A stretch of 64,000 bases of DNA from Anthoceros angustus. Its lineage: Eukaryota > Plantae > Anthocerotophyta. Every line of letters begins with the position of its first letter. Position 1 is the first letter of the stretch. Shown here in pieces: positions 42,734 to 55,000 of the stretch. Both the position numbers and the translations under genes were made by a program. Below the pieces are notes generated by a model. The model was not told the origin of the DNA. It searched no databases and saw only the letters and a program-made list of their open reading frames with translations. Where the stretch lies: NCBI GenBank assembly GCA_010909165.1, contig VJWM01000187.1, positions 124,001 through 188,000 of the forward strand, written 5' to 3'.

Positions 42734-44736
42734 CTAGTGTCTAGACTGTTTATGATCAATAGCGAGTTTTCCTGACGGCGTTCTAGTAAACAGCCGATTG
42801 ATAACATCATCCCAGTTGGTCTTGCTGGGAGCTTTATCAGCGGCAAGCTTATTGCTGTCACCCACTAGACGACGCCTTTCGTTCGGCTCAGTGTCGCCTG
42901 TGGCATCAGGTACAGTCACATTTACATTCTGTGTTCTTGGATCTTCAGAAAACTCGCCGGATGCTTCCCCCGGCCCTATGGCGATGGCGTTCTCGCTGCT
43001 GTCGGTCTCATATCTGTCTGAATCAAATGTGCCATACGAGGGGGAGAAGGCGAAAGGGACCTTCAGCGACACTGCCGTCTCCAAAGCTGTTTTGTGAGCC
43101 TTCTTATGCTCCTCGACCGTCGACTGCTGCCTCTCTATCTTCTGTGGTTGGGGCGCTCCCATGTCCATACCCTCTTCCATCAGCTGCAAGAAAGGCAAAC
43201 TCAGCCCTGCGAAAATACCACATCCTCCCCCTTGCTATCAAGCCCTAGAAGATCTTACCTCCAGAGCTCTTTGACACTCCCTTTCAATGCATATGATGGA
43301 ATGGTCCGAAGTTGCATTGCAGGACAGCACAACATGCTCGAACCTGCCCTTGACAGGGATGTCACACTTCACCACAGGATCTCCACGCCCGCAACTGCAT
43401 GCCGGCCCAGGCCTCCTTATCACCAAACTGTCCTGAGCTCCTCTGCACTAACATAAGGGAGGAGCTAGTATGTATGGCTTGCCTGCAAAACTTGCGCTCC
43501 ACAACATGGTAGACCCGTCCTGGCACATACAACCTCCTCGGGTCTTTGAACATCCTCTCTTCGGAAATGCAAGTGTCCCGCATGCAACGGAAGCACAACA
43601 AGCAAGGCAAACTGTTCAACGCCACCAGGAAACAACAAGGTTTGACAAGTTTGTTATCACGAAAGTTAAACAAGGAGCCCTGTTGCTCCACCTCTCTCCC
43701 TGCAAAATCAGTACAAGAGTGAAAGCCGCCATTACTGCTTCGAACTCCAGCTGAATCATGCACTTCAATCAAGCACACAAAACAGTCCGCCACACATACC
43801 AGAACAAGGAGCTGAAGATATCCTCCAAGGGAGTAGAAGTTCGAGGCAGAAAGTCATCCTGCCATCACCACAACATCCAAGTCCTCACCACCCAAGAGGA
43901 CTCGAAGACCACCTCAAACTCTTGGTTCCTTTCCTCTCCTCTCCTCTCCTCTCCTCAACAAACAATCTTGTCTCCACCCTCCCAGCCCTCATACTCACTC
44001 ACCACCATTCCTCACCATGCATACAACACACCTGCAATATGACGGAGTTGATAACATCCGCATGTCGAACAGCCAGATTGAGCGACATGCACCTAGGAGG
44101 AGCCAGGGCAAAGGCCCGGAGCCTCTTCCTCGAGATCTTCCCCAATCGATCCCTATTACTAGCAATCACCAGAGTGGCCAAAGACGCCACACCAGCTCCC
44201 AGCGAGTGCCCTGCAATGGAAACCGTATAATCCGGGTATTCCCCGATCAACCCCTTCAGAGTCTCGCCCTCCTGGTTGAGTAGCCAGGCAGCGGCCTTAA
44301 GCAAACCGTTATGCACGTACCCACCATCGAACATCTGCTTCCCCAAACTGTTATCCAACAACATAGCGTAATCGCTTTCCTTCCCCAGATTCAAGCCCCG
44401 GATGGCCAACACTATATCCCTGTGATCGTGGTCCAGGTAAAGGAGATACGGCGGAGCATTCCCCTTGGTATCCGCGTACTGCGCCTTCTTCAGCACGTTC
44501 TCCGGCTTCATCCTGTACCCGCCCGGGGGCGCCCATTCCGGATTCGCCAAATCCTGCTCGTACACCGCGAGAATGTAGCGGCACATCCGGGGCACGGGCT
44601 CGAACTCCTCCGCCTTGGCCGGCATCCACTCCTCGCTATCCAGCGCTCCCGTGTACAGGCATCTCCTCCAAACCCACCTCGCACAGCCCAACACATACAC
44701 GCATTCCAGCAAGGGAATGCCGATTGCCAGCGACAT
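42734..44736 (-). CDS. Class-3 lipase with Lipase3_N domain; 5 exons (44736-44032, 43858-43800, 43611-43483, 43394-43259, 43183-42734)
   Basis: MSLAIGIPLLECVYVLGCARW, LAIRGLNL, GYVHNGLLKAA, nucleophile motif GHSLG, DDFLPRT, RRLYVPGRVYH, SCNATSDH. Confidence 0.92.
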
Positions 44737-45198
44737 TGCTGGCCGCGGAATTGATCAACATGCACCACCCGGACTCAGAGACTGCGGAATGGGAAATTGG
44801 AAACCAGGAATCCGGCACCCGGATCCCTTCCCCACGCAATCAGGCCCTGGGAAGATTCCTAGAACTTTCGCGCGGGATGAGGAAAGGTGAACAGTGATGT
44901 CTGCTGGGAAGTCTGCCTCGGAGTACCGTAACCCGACTCGCCTTCCCCTCGCCCCACAGTGCAAGATTGCTCCACACGACACTCGGAGCTGCCAGCTTCC
45001 CCTCATCAATTTCCGCACATCCCTGCTACCTGCAACGCCGGGGCCGGGTCGAGACGCCACGCGTTTCATCCAGGCCACCCGCAGCTGCGAGGACCTCAGC
45101 TTTGGGAATGCAAAGCGATCCGCGTACACTCGCTCATCGCTCCAGCCTCCCCTAATAATTGATGGGCGTTTTTTCCGCATATCGTTGACCGGTACCCC

Positions 45199-45370
45199 AT
45201 GTATGTATGTATGTATGTATGTATGTATGTATGTATGTATGTATGTATGTATGTATGTATGTATGTATGTATGTATGTATGTATGTATGTATGTATGTAT
45301 GTATGTATGTATGTATGTATGTATGTATGTATGTATGTATGTATGTATGTATGTATGTATGTATGTATGT
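45199..45370. repeat. (ATGT)43 perfect microsatellite upstream of the lipase gene
   Basis: 172 bp of uninterrupted repeat. Confidence 0.98.
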
Positions 45371-46455
45371 TCTTGTAAATACAGCACAAACACACTATGA
45401 AAGTCCGTTTACTGCCGAGTTTCCATGCACTAACGAAGTAAAACTCCTTGCTCCATAGCCAACAAAGACCATTTGGCCAGGCCATATGCTTGTTGAGCAA
45501 ATTTCACATTTGGCCAGGCCATATGCTTGTTGAGCAAATTTCAGGGAAACACAAGCCCTGAAAGGTTGGGAAAGCAAGAAGGAAGTAAAAAAAAAGAAGA
45601 AAATCAAGAACGTATTTTCAGCAAATACATAATTGATGGTCAGTCATTAGAAGAAAAGAAAACATGAACATGAACATTTGTTTTTTGTAAGTGTTGGACG
45701 GTGCTAATATGTGCACGTTAGCTGCAAGTGTGAAGGAGGTGTAAGGCAAGTATAACCAATACGGTCAAACAACAACAAGTTGCTTGCCAAGGGTATCATG
45801 GTTGCTTTGCAATAACCTCCTACTCCTTCATCAGTTCCATTGAGTACTCATAGCTTGGACATACAGTGGAAGATCCAAGACCCCATCTGCAAGACTTTGG
45901 AATGCATGAATCAATCTGAAAGGAAGTGCACAAAAGCCATTCGAACAGTCTTTGTTATCATGAAAAGTACCAAGGTGATCAACTAGCAACATGTTAGCGA
46001 AATCTTGTCTGAGTACCACATGCTGCGCTTCAAAGAAAAGAAGAAGTCAAGGGAAGGAGGGAAGGAGGAGGTAGTTTGCAGTACAAGTGTGAGTTGACAC
46101 AAAGGCTACAAAGGGGGCACGAGGTTGAAGCATTCAGCAAGAAAGGAGCATGATGCAAGAGTGAAGGTGGTGACAAACTTCAAGGGCACTAGAGGACTAA
46201 AGTGAGTAGGAGGAGGCTGCTGCAAATTTGCTTAAATACCGTTAGGGCAGGTTATAGTAAGTACGAACATGAGACAACTATTACATAGATGATGAGTTAG
46301 GAAGGCGGGAGAGATAAGCAAGGATATTGAGGATCAAAGGTAATATTTATCATTCCATCTTGGGCAACCACCTAATTACGATGGCCAACTATAAGGTCAT
46401 TATAGGAAGAGCCACTATCTTTGTCTACATTAGATTGATTGCCAACACACTTGGC

Positions 46456-46551
46456 CATGAAGCCAGCCGTCATGAAGCCAGCCGTCATGAAGCCAGCCGT
46501 CATGAAGCCAGCCGTCATGACAGCAAGCTGTCATGAAGCCAGCCGTCATGA
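46456..46551. repeat. 15-bp tandem repeat CATGAAGCCAGCCGT, about 5 copies
   Basis: Read directly from the sequence. Confidence 0.9.
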
Positions 46552-48668
46552 CAGAATTCTCTATACCATGTACATTTCCAGCACTTGCTGATCATAAAAA
46601 CATTCCGCTAAAACCTGCAAAACCCTACAACCATGTATTCAACATTGAATGCCTTGGAGTCATCAGTAGCCTATATTCCTCGGTAGAGTGCATATCATGT
46701 AATAAGAGCCAATGTATAACCATCAAATTGGAATGAAATAGAGAAAAGTCATACAACTGTATTATACATACATACAGTATACGTTTTGTATGTATGTATG
46801 AGCTTATCCGACTTGTTGGTTTATCAGCCACCCTTTGTAAATCATGAGGATGTGGCTCTCTTTCGTTAGATACATAAGAACAGGGGATTGTTTCATTTTG
46901 ATCAAAGTTATTGCACTTCCCCTCAAAGATCAGATAACTCCATCGGGAGAACTAAAGAGTTCAAGAGAGTTTATACTGAAAAATAGCCAGCACCTCCGAA
47001 GAAAAGAGAGTCCCCCATCGTTGTTGCTCCTGAACCTGCAAACGCAGCCATTATGTGGTTGAAGACCACAAAGAGTACAGGATTAGTGTTTTGAATCTTG
47101 TGAAGGAGCGTCTTGATGAGCCACTTGAACATAGGCTACAGACTCTGAGGTTCTAACTCTCCTGCTTGGGAAACTCAACTTAGTAGAAATTCATATGTAG
47201 ACATGTTGTGTAGGCGTAGGCATTTTCAATGGATACTTTAGTATCTTCCATATTTGCAGCTGAAGCGTGGCAAAAACCAAAGTCTTCATTATTGAAGATA
47301 AAGCTTCCCATATTGGAGATAAAGTTTATAATAATAAGGAGAGTGGCATAAAAGCACAGAACAATTAAGTTTCTTAGAATCGCACTTTACAATCGCACAC
47401 CTAGGCAACCAGTGTGCTTTAGGTTTATGATCCTACACTTGGGCAATCTACGCAACCCTAAACTGCAAACGAACAAAGAAATGTCTCACGTCTCGTGGTC
47501 TCACATAAGGGGAAACTGACGCGCCCCTAGCGAGATCATACCTAGGCAAGCAGCATGCCCCTATTATGGTTATTGACCCAATGTGAATTGTGCTTTTCAA
47601 AACAATATAATCATTAATCCAAACCAATCACCCTTCTAGGTAATATCATGCACTACACACGAGGGAACTCCATCCCAACAATTTTTTACCTTGCGGTAAT
47701 ATCTTGCACTACATATGAGGGAACCCCATCCTGGCAATGATAATTTGCTTGCAGGGTGCTTACATGCAGAGTTGCAATATGAAAAGCGTCTAGGAAAATC
47801 GGGATTTTGGTCTAGAATAATGTTTTTTTCCAACTCAAATTGAAGCACCAAAATGCTTATCCAATACTAGGAGTGGCAATATGCTGGGAATTTGAATATT
47901 AAATTACCTCATTACAATGTCATACTAGCGCACTTCATATTGGAAACCAACCCTATGACGCGTTTGTCCTACGTGACCTCTCGGAACACCTTTCACAACT
48001 TTAAGTGCATTTGTTGCGTTTTTACAAAAAGAGTTTTCGCTATCCCACTTGGCGCTCATTCAAATTGCGCATATATTGTTTTGTCAATAATGTGCTGGAA
48101 ACCAGATTCACCATTCATGCACAAAATTGACATTATGGAATAACCCGAACTCCCTAGACCTTGTTTAGGCTCAGGTTCGACGAAGGCTTAGGTGTACCAA
48201 ACATAACCCTCTAAGGAGGATGATGCATAATTGCTCAAGTATTATTGAATACTGTATTAGGTTTAATTCACAACACGATATTGATTAGGTAATAGGAACA
48301 TAACCTCGAAGGGGATGTTGCATAATTGCTCAGAGTATTACTGAATACTATATTAGGTTGAATGCACAACACGATATTGATTAGGTAATGGGGAAGAGCA
48401 CTATGGAAGGATGCGTTTGATTGCCATATCTGCCTATTTGAGTAGGTAATAGGAAACTACGGAATAAGCAAGAGTCATTGCCTCAATCCTGGCCGCAACT
48501 ACAGTTCTCCGAATTTGGCTATTAATGTAGGTCGTAAGCCCATTTTGGTACATGAAGCCCACTAGTGACATGGCAGTGTTTGGTGAGAACAAATATGGTA
48601 TTTAGGGTTATCTCTGCACATGGACCTAAAACTTGATAGAGTATCAAGTTAGGCAACAACTATGCCCC

Positions 48669-48676
48669 TATATAAA
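48669..48676 (+). promoter_or_regulatory. TATA box of the membrane-protein gene
   Basis: CCCCTATATAAAGG about 240 bp upstream of the ATG; retained as CCCCATATAAAGA in the paralog at ~34322. Confidence 0.6.
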
Positions 48677-48912
48677 GGCCTGCCTATATTCAATCTTTCT
48701 GACAAGATTAAAGGCCTGCCTGGCTTTACGAATCTTGTCATGAGGATCTTGTATTTTCTTAGTTTCTTTGAGCTATCTTTTTCTTGTGGAGTGCCTTCAC
48801 GTCTGGAGGATCTTCAATTATCTCACCCTCTTTGAGCTTTTCTTTTTTCTTGAGCTAGTGTCTTCAGGTCCCGTTCTTATTTATGAGGAGTTCCTAAGAA
48901 CAGGTTTGCAAG

Positions 48913-50559
48913 ATGTCTTATAAAATCTCTTGTCATTTATTGTTGTTCATCGTAATATCCTACACATGTTCCTTTCATGTTAATGGGTTTTCAATGGATT
49001 CTATTACACCTTTGTGCGATGACCTAATTACATCTTGTATAAGACCACTAGTAGTACGACATGATCGTAGAGATCCAACTAATCATTTTCATAAGTATCT
49101 TGGAGGTTTTAACTTAAGAGACCTAGCTTATGTGAATAGTGTGTTATACACAGGATGGCCATTTTTCCTGGCAGCTATCGCAGTGATTACTTATGTTGTT
49201 GTAGTTATCGCCTTCATGTCGTTAATTCCTCCTATCCGACGATTATTCAAACGTGATATACCTCATTACCAAAATTTCCTTCGATTTGTGATGGGTGTAG
49301 TAGTCTTTGTGGTCGGTCCACTTACGGTGGCAAGTTGGTTGGCATATATCATTACGGAGCACTCATATTTTCAAAGAGCTTTTGGTCTGTCACATTCATT
49401 AGTGATGGATACAGCTGCATTGGCTAATTCACAAGTGGAGAGCGTGGCTCATCTCTTGCACGAAACTATGGTTAGACTTGACACTTTGAACCCTGGCATT
49501 GGGCCTAAGCACAGCTATAATAACATCACCGCTGACACTCGTGTCCTTATGGGCCTAGTCACCGCTGCAGAGATGAGACTATTGAATGGTCAAACATGGA
49601 ATGAACTTTCTCCGAGGTTTCATCAATTTAGACATACACTTTTTATGCGGCAGAACCTAACGTTTAGCCATACTTTAGCCGGATTGACTATCATATTGGT
49701 TCTTTTGAATATGGGCATGGCAATTGGCAGACTTTTTCGATCCAATTGGGGTTGGACACGATCACCTTTTTATACGATTCAAATTCTTTTTAGCTGGATC
49801 CTAGTAGCTGGATTTTTGGTCGTATGTGGATATTACTATAGTTTGTTGAATGCAACACAAGATGCATTTGATGCGCTAAAGACTTATGGAGCTCCATTCA
49901 ACACAACATTTGATTTGGAGGGCTACTTCCCATGCGCGGAGCTGTCAGCAAAAGGGATCCAGGCATATACGGATGTTCACGAAATTTCAAATTTCATGCA
50001 CAAGAGAGCGACATTTATTCATGAACAGGTTACCGTTGTTCAAAGTGGTAATTTTATAAATCCAATTCATGAGCACATAAAGGTAGAGCTTGTGAATGCA
50101 AGTATGAGCCTTGCAGCAACGGTGCCTATTATTCGCAATATGGCTACATGTTATGATATTCTAGATTTGGTACAGACTGGAACCAAAGTGAACTATGACC
50201 ATGTTATGGATCCATTACGCGCCTCAATATGGAGTATGATAGGGTTGATGGGCTGTTTAATTATTTTTTCACATTTGGTGGGAGTCGTGAGAGCCATTGC
50301 ACAAGCACCTCGTGCCACACCGCTACCTTTGAGTTGGCCGAGGCCGCCAGTGAATCAACAAGGACCTGTAATAACAAAGCATTTGATAATTGGTCCAGGA
50401 TTTGGTAATCCAGAATGGGAGAGGCAAGAAGCCGAGCGTAGGAAGCCTTTGCCTTTGCCCTTGCCTGAAGAGCCTTTGCCTTTGCCCTTGCCTGAAGAGA
50501 ATGTGAATGAGATACAAGATCCAATACAACCACCCTCTCCCTCTATCTCTTGTACATGA
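48913..50559 (+). CDS. Intronless multi-pass membrane protein (548 aa), plant RxDP..F..Y.GG.N family, possibly Tweety/prominin-like
   Basis: Signal peptide, RRDPTNHFHKYLGGFNLRDLAYVNSVLYTG motif, about 5 hydrophobic segments, L..YFPC motif, Pro-rich tail. Confidence 0.75.
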   Translation: MSYKISCHLLLFIVISYTCSFHVNGFSMDSITPLCDDLITSCIRPLVVRHDRRDPTNHFHKYLGGFNLRDLAYVNSVLYTGWPFFLAAIAVITYVVVVIAFMSLIPPIRRLFKRDIPHYQNFLRFVMGVVVFVVGPLTVASWLAYIITEHSYFQRAFGLSHSLVMDTAALANSQVESVAHLLHETMVRLDTLNPGIGPKHSYNNITADTRVLMGLVTAAEMRLLNGQTWNELSPRFHQFRHTLFMRQNLTFSHTLAGLTIILVLLNMGMAIGRLFRSNWGWTRSPFYTIQILFSWILVAGFLVVCGYYYSLLNATQDAFDALKTYGAPFNTTFDLEGYFPCAELSAKGIQAYTDVHEISNFMHKRATFIHEQVTVVQSGNFINPIHEHIKVELVNASMSLAATVPIIRNMATCYDILDLVQTGTKVNYDHVMDPLRASIWSMIGLMGCLIIFSHLVGVVRAIAQAPRATPLPLSWPRPPVNQQGPVITKHLIIGPGFGNPEWERQEAERRKPLPLPLPEEPLPLPLPEENVNEIQDPIQPPSPSISCT

Positions 50560-51689
50560 CTTTCTTCCCTACCTCCTTTATCTTTGTACCATTTTAATCT
50601 CTTTTTCACCTCTTTCTTCTCCACCCCCTTTCATCTTTGTACCTTTTTAATCTCTTTATAAATTTATTATTATACGGTGTATTAAAATTTTAAATATATT
50701 TTATTAATCTTTCTTTTATGTGTTTTCAAGTATAATATTTCTTTATTGCTTTCTCTCTTATTGTTAGATTTTTCTCTTCCACTCGCCTTATTAGTTTTTC
50801 TTTTTTTCTTTTTTTATCTATTTAATCTTTTTACATTCTCATTTCTTCTCATTGCAACTGCCCCAGCTGACAAACCCAGAACATGGGCGAGATTCTACTA
50901 ACTATCTATTGTAACTTCCCATACGAGGAGGGGGTATTGTAACTTCCCATACTAGGAAGAGCTGCTTTGTACCATTTTAATAAGAGTGTTGTAAGAGCAG
51001 CTGCTCCCACACTACACTAGACATTCGTCAAACACTTTGAGTTGGTTAGGACCAGGACACATTTTCACTATCTCGAACCACATTTTCACTACACCATTGT
51101 CGCAATGTTTACTTTGTTATTTTGTCATCCCGGGAATGGGCGTGCCAAACTCCCTCGAGTGAGTTCTGTAGTGCAAGATGTTGGCTTTATATACATAAAG
51201 CTTGACTTGGCTTGTTTGCATTTGTTTTCTTACCATTTTTTCCCTCAAATTCCTCTCTCCTCTCTTCCCTCACTTCTTTTCTCCCTCTATTCCTCGGACC
51301 CTTTCGCCTCTTTTCTCCCTCCAATTCCTCGTGCCCCCTTATCCCTTCGATGGAGCGATCCTCTTCCTCCCCTTCCGATTCCTTCTCGCCCTCCACCTCG
51401 CCCTCCGCCTACACGATGAGTGCACTTCCTCCCCTTCCCTCTCCAATGGGGCGATGGGTGCACTTCCCCCGCCAGTGTAAAGGATATAGGTGCACCCCTT
51501 GTCCATGTCCAAAGGCATGAGGAGGGAATGAGGTATCACCGACATCTTGTCGAATCGATTCGGTGTTCTGGGATTTAGAAGCAGTAGTTTTCACTCCCGT
51601 CCGCGAAAAAAAATAACTCGAATGTTGATGCTCTGCAAGGGCAAAAATCCCTTCGCTACATGACCCATCTTAAACAGAGGTGATACATG

Positions 51690-51825
51690 TGCTCAGCAAA
51701 CGAGATACGCAGGGCCTGATCAACTGCTGAGCCGCGTGACCGTGAGCCAGGGCTCAGGGCGCGTGGTGAAGCAGACCGGAAGCTCGTCTGTTCTTCGGTT
51801 CACTGGGCGACCCGTCATGACCCGC
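51690..51825. repeat. Diverged copy of 42330-42470 (itself similar to the PAXX 3' end/UTR)
   Basis: CCTGATCAACTG.TGAGCCGC.TGACCGTGAGC..CAGGGCT..GCTCGTCTGTTCTTCG..TCACTGGGCGACCC is shared by both copies. Confidence 0.85.
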
Positions 51826-52065
51826 GCACTTGCACCTCAATCATTCAGTAAGAATGCACTTGTGGAGTGACTGATGAAGAGCTTGAACTTTGTCACAAGT
51901 TCAAATCCTTTCCGCTGTGGCATCTTCGGTTCCATGTTCACAAGCCAGGTTAGGGAGGTGCATCTTCACGTTTGAACATGTGTCCTGCGTTTGGTGGCAA
52001 GCAAGCTCCATCCCCCCTGTCCCTCACGAGCAACGTTTCGCACTGTCGTGGGATGTACCAGACAT

Positions 52066-55000
52066 TCAACCTGCTTCCTTGCTGGTGAGAACCACTTTCT
52101 TGGCCCCAAGGTCTCTGGAACCCAAATATTTCCTGTGTTTGGAGGTCCAGATCCTTTTGGCTATGGTACTGGGATCCACAGATGGGCGCTGGGACTTGTT
52201 TCCTACAGGGACAACCTGAAATTGACCTCGAGTGAACTCCATGGACACCTTCAGATTTATCCAAACTTTGAGGGCACTGCTCAGCTGGGTGATGCGCTTG
52301 CTTTTCCAAGACCTTAGATAATCAAACATGGTGGTGTCGACCCGCAACGTAACTTGAGGCCATTTCTGAGCTCCAAGGTCTGCTAGTTGACTTGATGGGT
52401 TTGCTTCAGCTAAAGAGCGCTGAATGGCTCGTTCAATCTTCGAAAGAGTGGTCTCACGAGCTTCAACACGACCAGCACCACGGCAGCAAGAGCATGGGTC
52501 ACTTATTGTCAGAGTCACACTGGGTCTTACTCGCTTTCTGGTGAGTTCCATCACCCCGAATTGTGAAATGTCCGAAATATACACCTTGGATCTGTCACGA
52601 GCGATTGCCCTCTTCATTTCCTCAACTACCAAGGCTTCATGCTTTTCGTCCTCCATGTCAATGAAGTCCACAACTATAATACCTCCGACGTCTCGCAGGC
52701 GCAACTCCGTAGCAATTTGTCTTGCAGCAGCAAGGTTAACTTCTAATATGGCATCTTTCTGCGAGGTAGAGACATTGAGCATCCCGATCCCACCATTCAC
52801 ATCAATTGACACTAAGGCTTCAGTCTCCTGAACCACCAAATACGCACCGTTGGACAGCTGCACTCTTTCACTGGAAAACTTGTCTATCTGCGACTCAATA
52901 TTGAAGGCATCGAAGATGGGTTGTTTCCCTGAATACAATTCCACTCGATTCAACAAATGAGGAGCCACTTCGGCCAGGTAACTCGTTACCTCCTGATAGC
53001 ACTGGGGAGAGTCAACTACCATCCTGTGTACTTTGTCATTGAAAAAGTCTCTGACGACTGTCAAAGTCTGCCCCATTGCTCTGTGAAGTAGAACCGGTAC
53101 AGCATCCTCTACCCCATTCTCAGCTGCAGTTGCAGCAGCTTCAGCTCGTTCCATGACGTCATTCCATGTCTCACAAAGGCGAGTTATATCCTTCTCGAGT
53201 TCTTCCGAAGTGTGACCCATCGCTTCTGTCCGAACAGTCAATCCAAAATTTCCAGTTTGCAAATTCTGGGCAACCCCTCTCAGCCTTGACCGTTCTGGAC
53301 CTGAGATCTTTTGCGAAATGCCCACACAATCACCATTGGGGACAACTACCCAGAATCGTCCAGCCAATGTAGGATACGCAGTTAGACGAGGTCCTTTCTT
53401 CCCCATAGCTTCCTTCTTCACCTGGACAATAATCTTCATGCCTTCCTCAAGGTTCCTCCACCTGCTGAACTTTCTACCAAAATTCACAGTCAGCGGTCTC
53501 GCCCCTCCAGCTATCATCGTGGGTGTGTGTGGCCCCTCACCTACCACATCCTCCCCTTCAGAATCTCTGGCAGGACGACCATTTTGACTACCAGGAGAGA
53601 TATCTACATCCTCCTCACCTTCATCGTCTCCGAATGCATGCTCTGACTCAATGTCTACCACCTCATGATCCCCAACTGCTTGATCCGACAAGGACACGAT
53701 GGCATCCTCATCACTAGGCGGCTCCAGATCCTGATCAGCCCCATGATCCTCATTCTTGTGAGAATTAAGAGCAGGAAAGGTGTAAGGTTGTACGTTTCTT
53801 GTTATATCAAGAAGAGCCATACGAGGACTTCCAATATCGACAAAAACACCAACCATGCCGGGTAGCAACTGTTTCACACATCCAAGGTAGATGTTGCCCA
53901 CCTGCACTTTGGAATTTACCGGTTCCAACAGCAACTCCGCAAGTTTACCATCCTCCAGTATTGCCATCCTCTGCATCGTGCTTTCGGGTGCATTGATAAG
54001 GATCTCAACCATTGTCTCCTGCTCCTTTTCAGTCCTTTGTTCCTGGCCTTCTTCCAGATCACTGGCTGCCGCTTTGGCAGCTTGCTTCTTCTCATCCAAA
54101 GTTCTCAAAAACACCTGTCTTTCTGCCAACAGCTCAGACTCCAGCAACCAAGGTTCTTCTCTGGGTAGCACCTTCCTTCTGATCTTCTTCTTCAGCCAGT
54201 CATCAATGATAAGAACATTTGTCTCAATTTGCCGGGTCAGTGGGGCAGGCAAGTCTGGCCCTTTGCTTGCACTGCTAAGTTCCAACTCTTTCCCTGCACT
54301 GTCAGGCAATTCCACAACCAATCCCTCCTTCTCAACGGCTGGTTTTTTAGCCAGCACTTCATTCAAAACCGATCTTCCAGTCACACCGTCTTTCACTGGG
54401 GTAGCCTTTGAACTCCCAGATGCACCAACTTCATCCCACCACTTCCCCCATAACAGGGATGATACATTTTCAGGCGTATTTAAAGCCCATACATCCTGCA
54501 GTGTCACCACCTGTGCACCTGACTTCTGATCACCGGGAACCTGAAACTCAAACCGGCCTCCGGGCCTCCACACAATATCAGCAGTCCCATCCCCCGAACC
54601 TACAAAATAGTTGTACTCCACATCTGCGCCACACTCAATTCTCCGCTTAGCCTCCCAAACTCCTTCTCCCTTTACCCTGACCATCTGTACAGCTGACGAG
54701 GGATCCCAAGACCCAAGCTCCGGTACTGATCCACACAAAAACAATCGTTGCCCCACCTTCAGCTGTGCCTGCACAGACCACTCCACACTGCACCTAGCCT
54801 TCGCCGCAATCATGACCTTACTCTGCCCTTTCTTCTTCCTCCTTTCCCTCTTCCTACTCGACGACCCTTCCTGTCTCACAGCCTGGTCTGCTGCCTTCTC
54901 ATCCGTCACTGCACCAGAGCCAGCTGCCTGAACCCGATCCCCCTCATCTTCCACAACTTCACTGCTCTCCTCCACCCTAACATCGGAGACAGCAGGACTT

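Noticed and set aside
44755-45500. ORFs with HTYI/MYVC repeats
   Set aside because: Translation artefacts of the (ATGT)43 microsatellite.
50560-51600. AT-rich then pyrimidine-rich tract with small ORFs
   Set aside because: Low complexity; no termini or protein motif could be supported.
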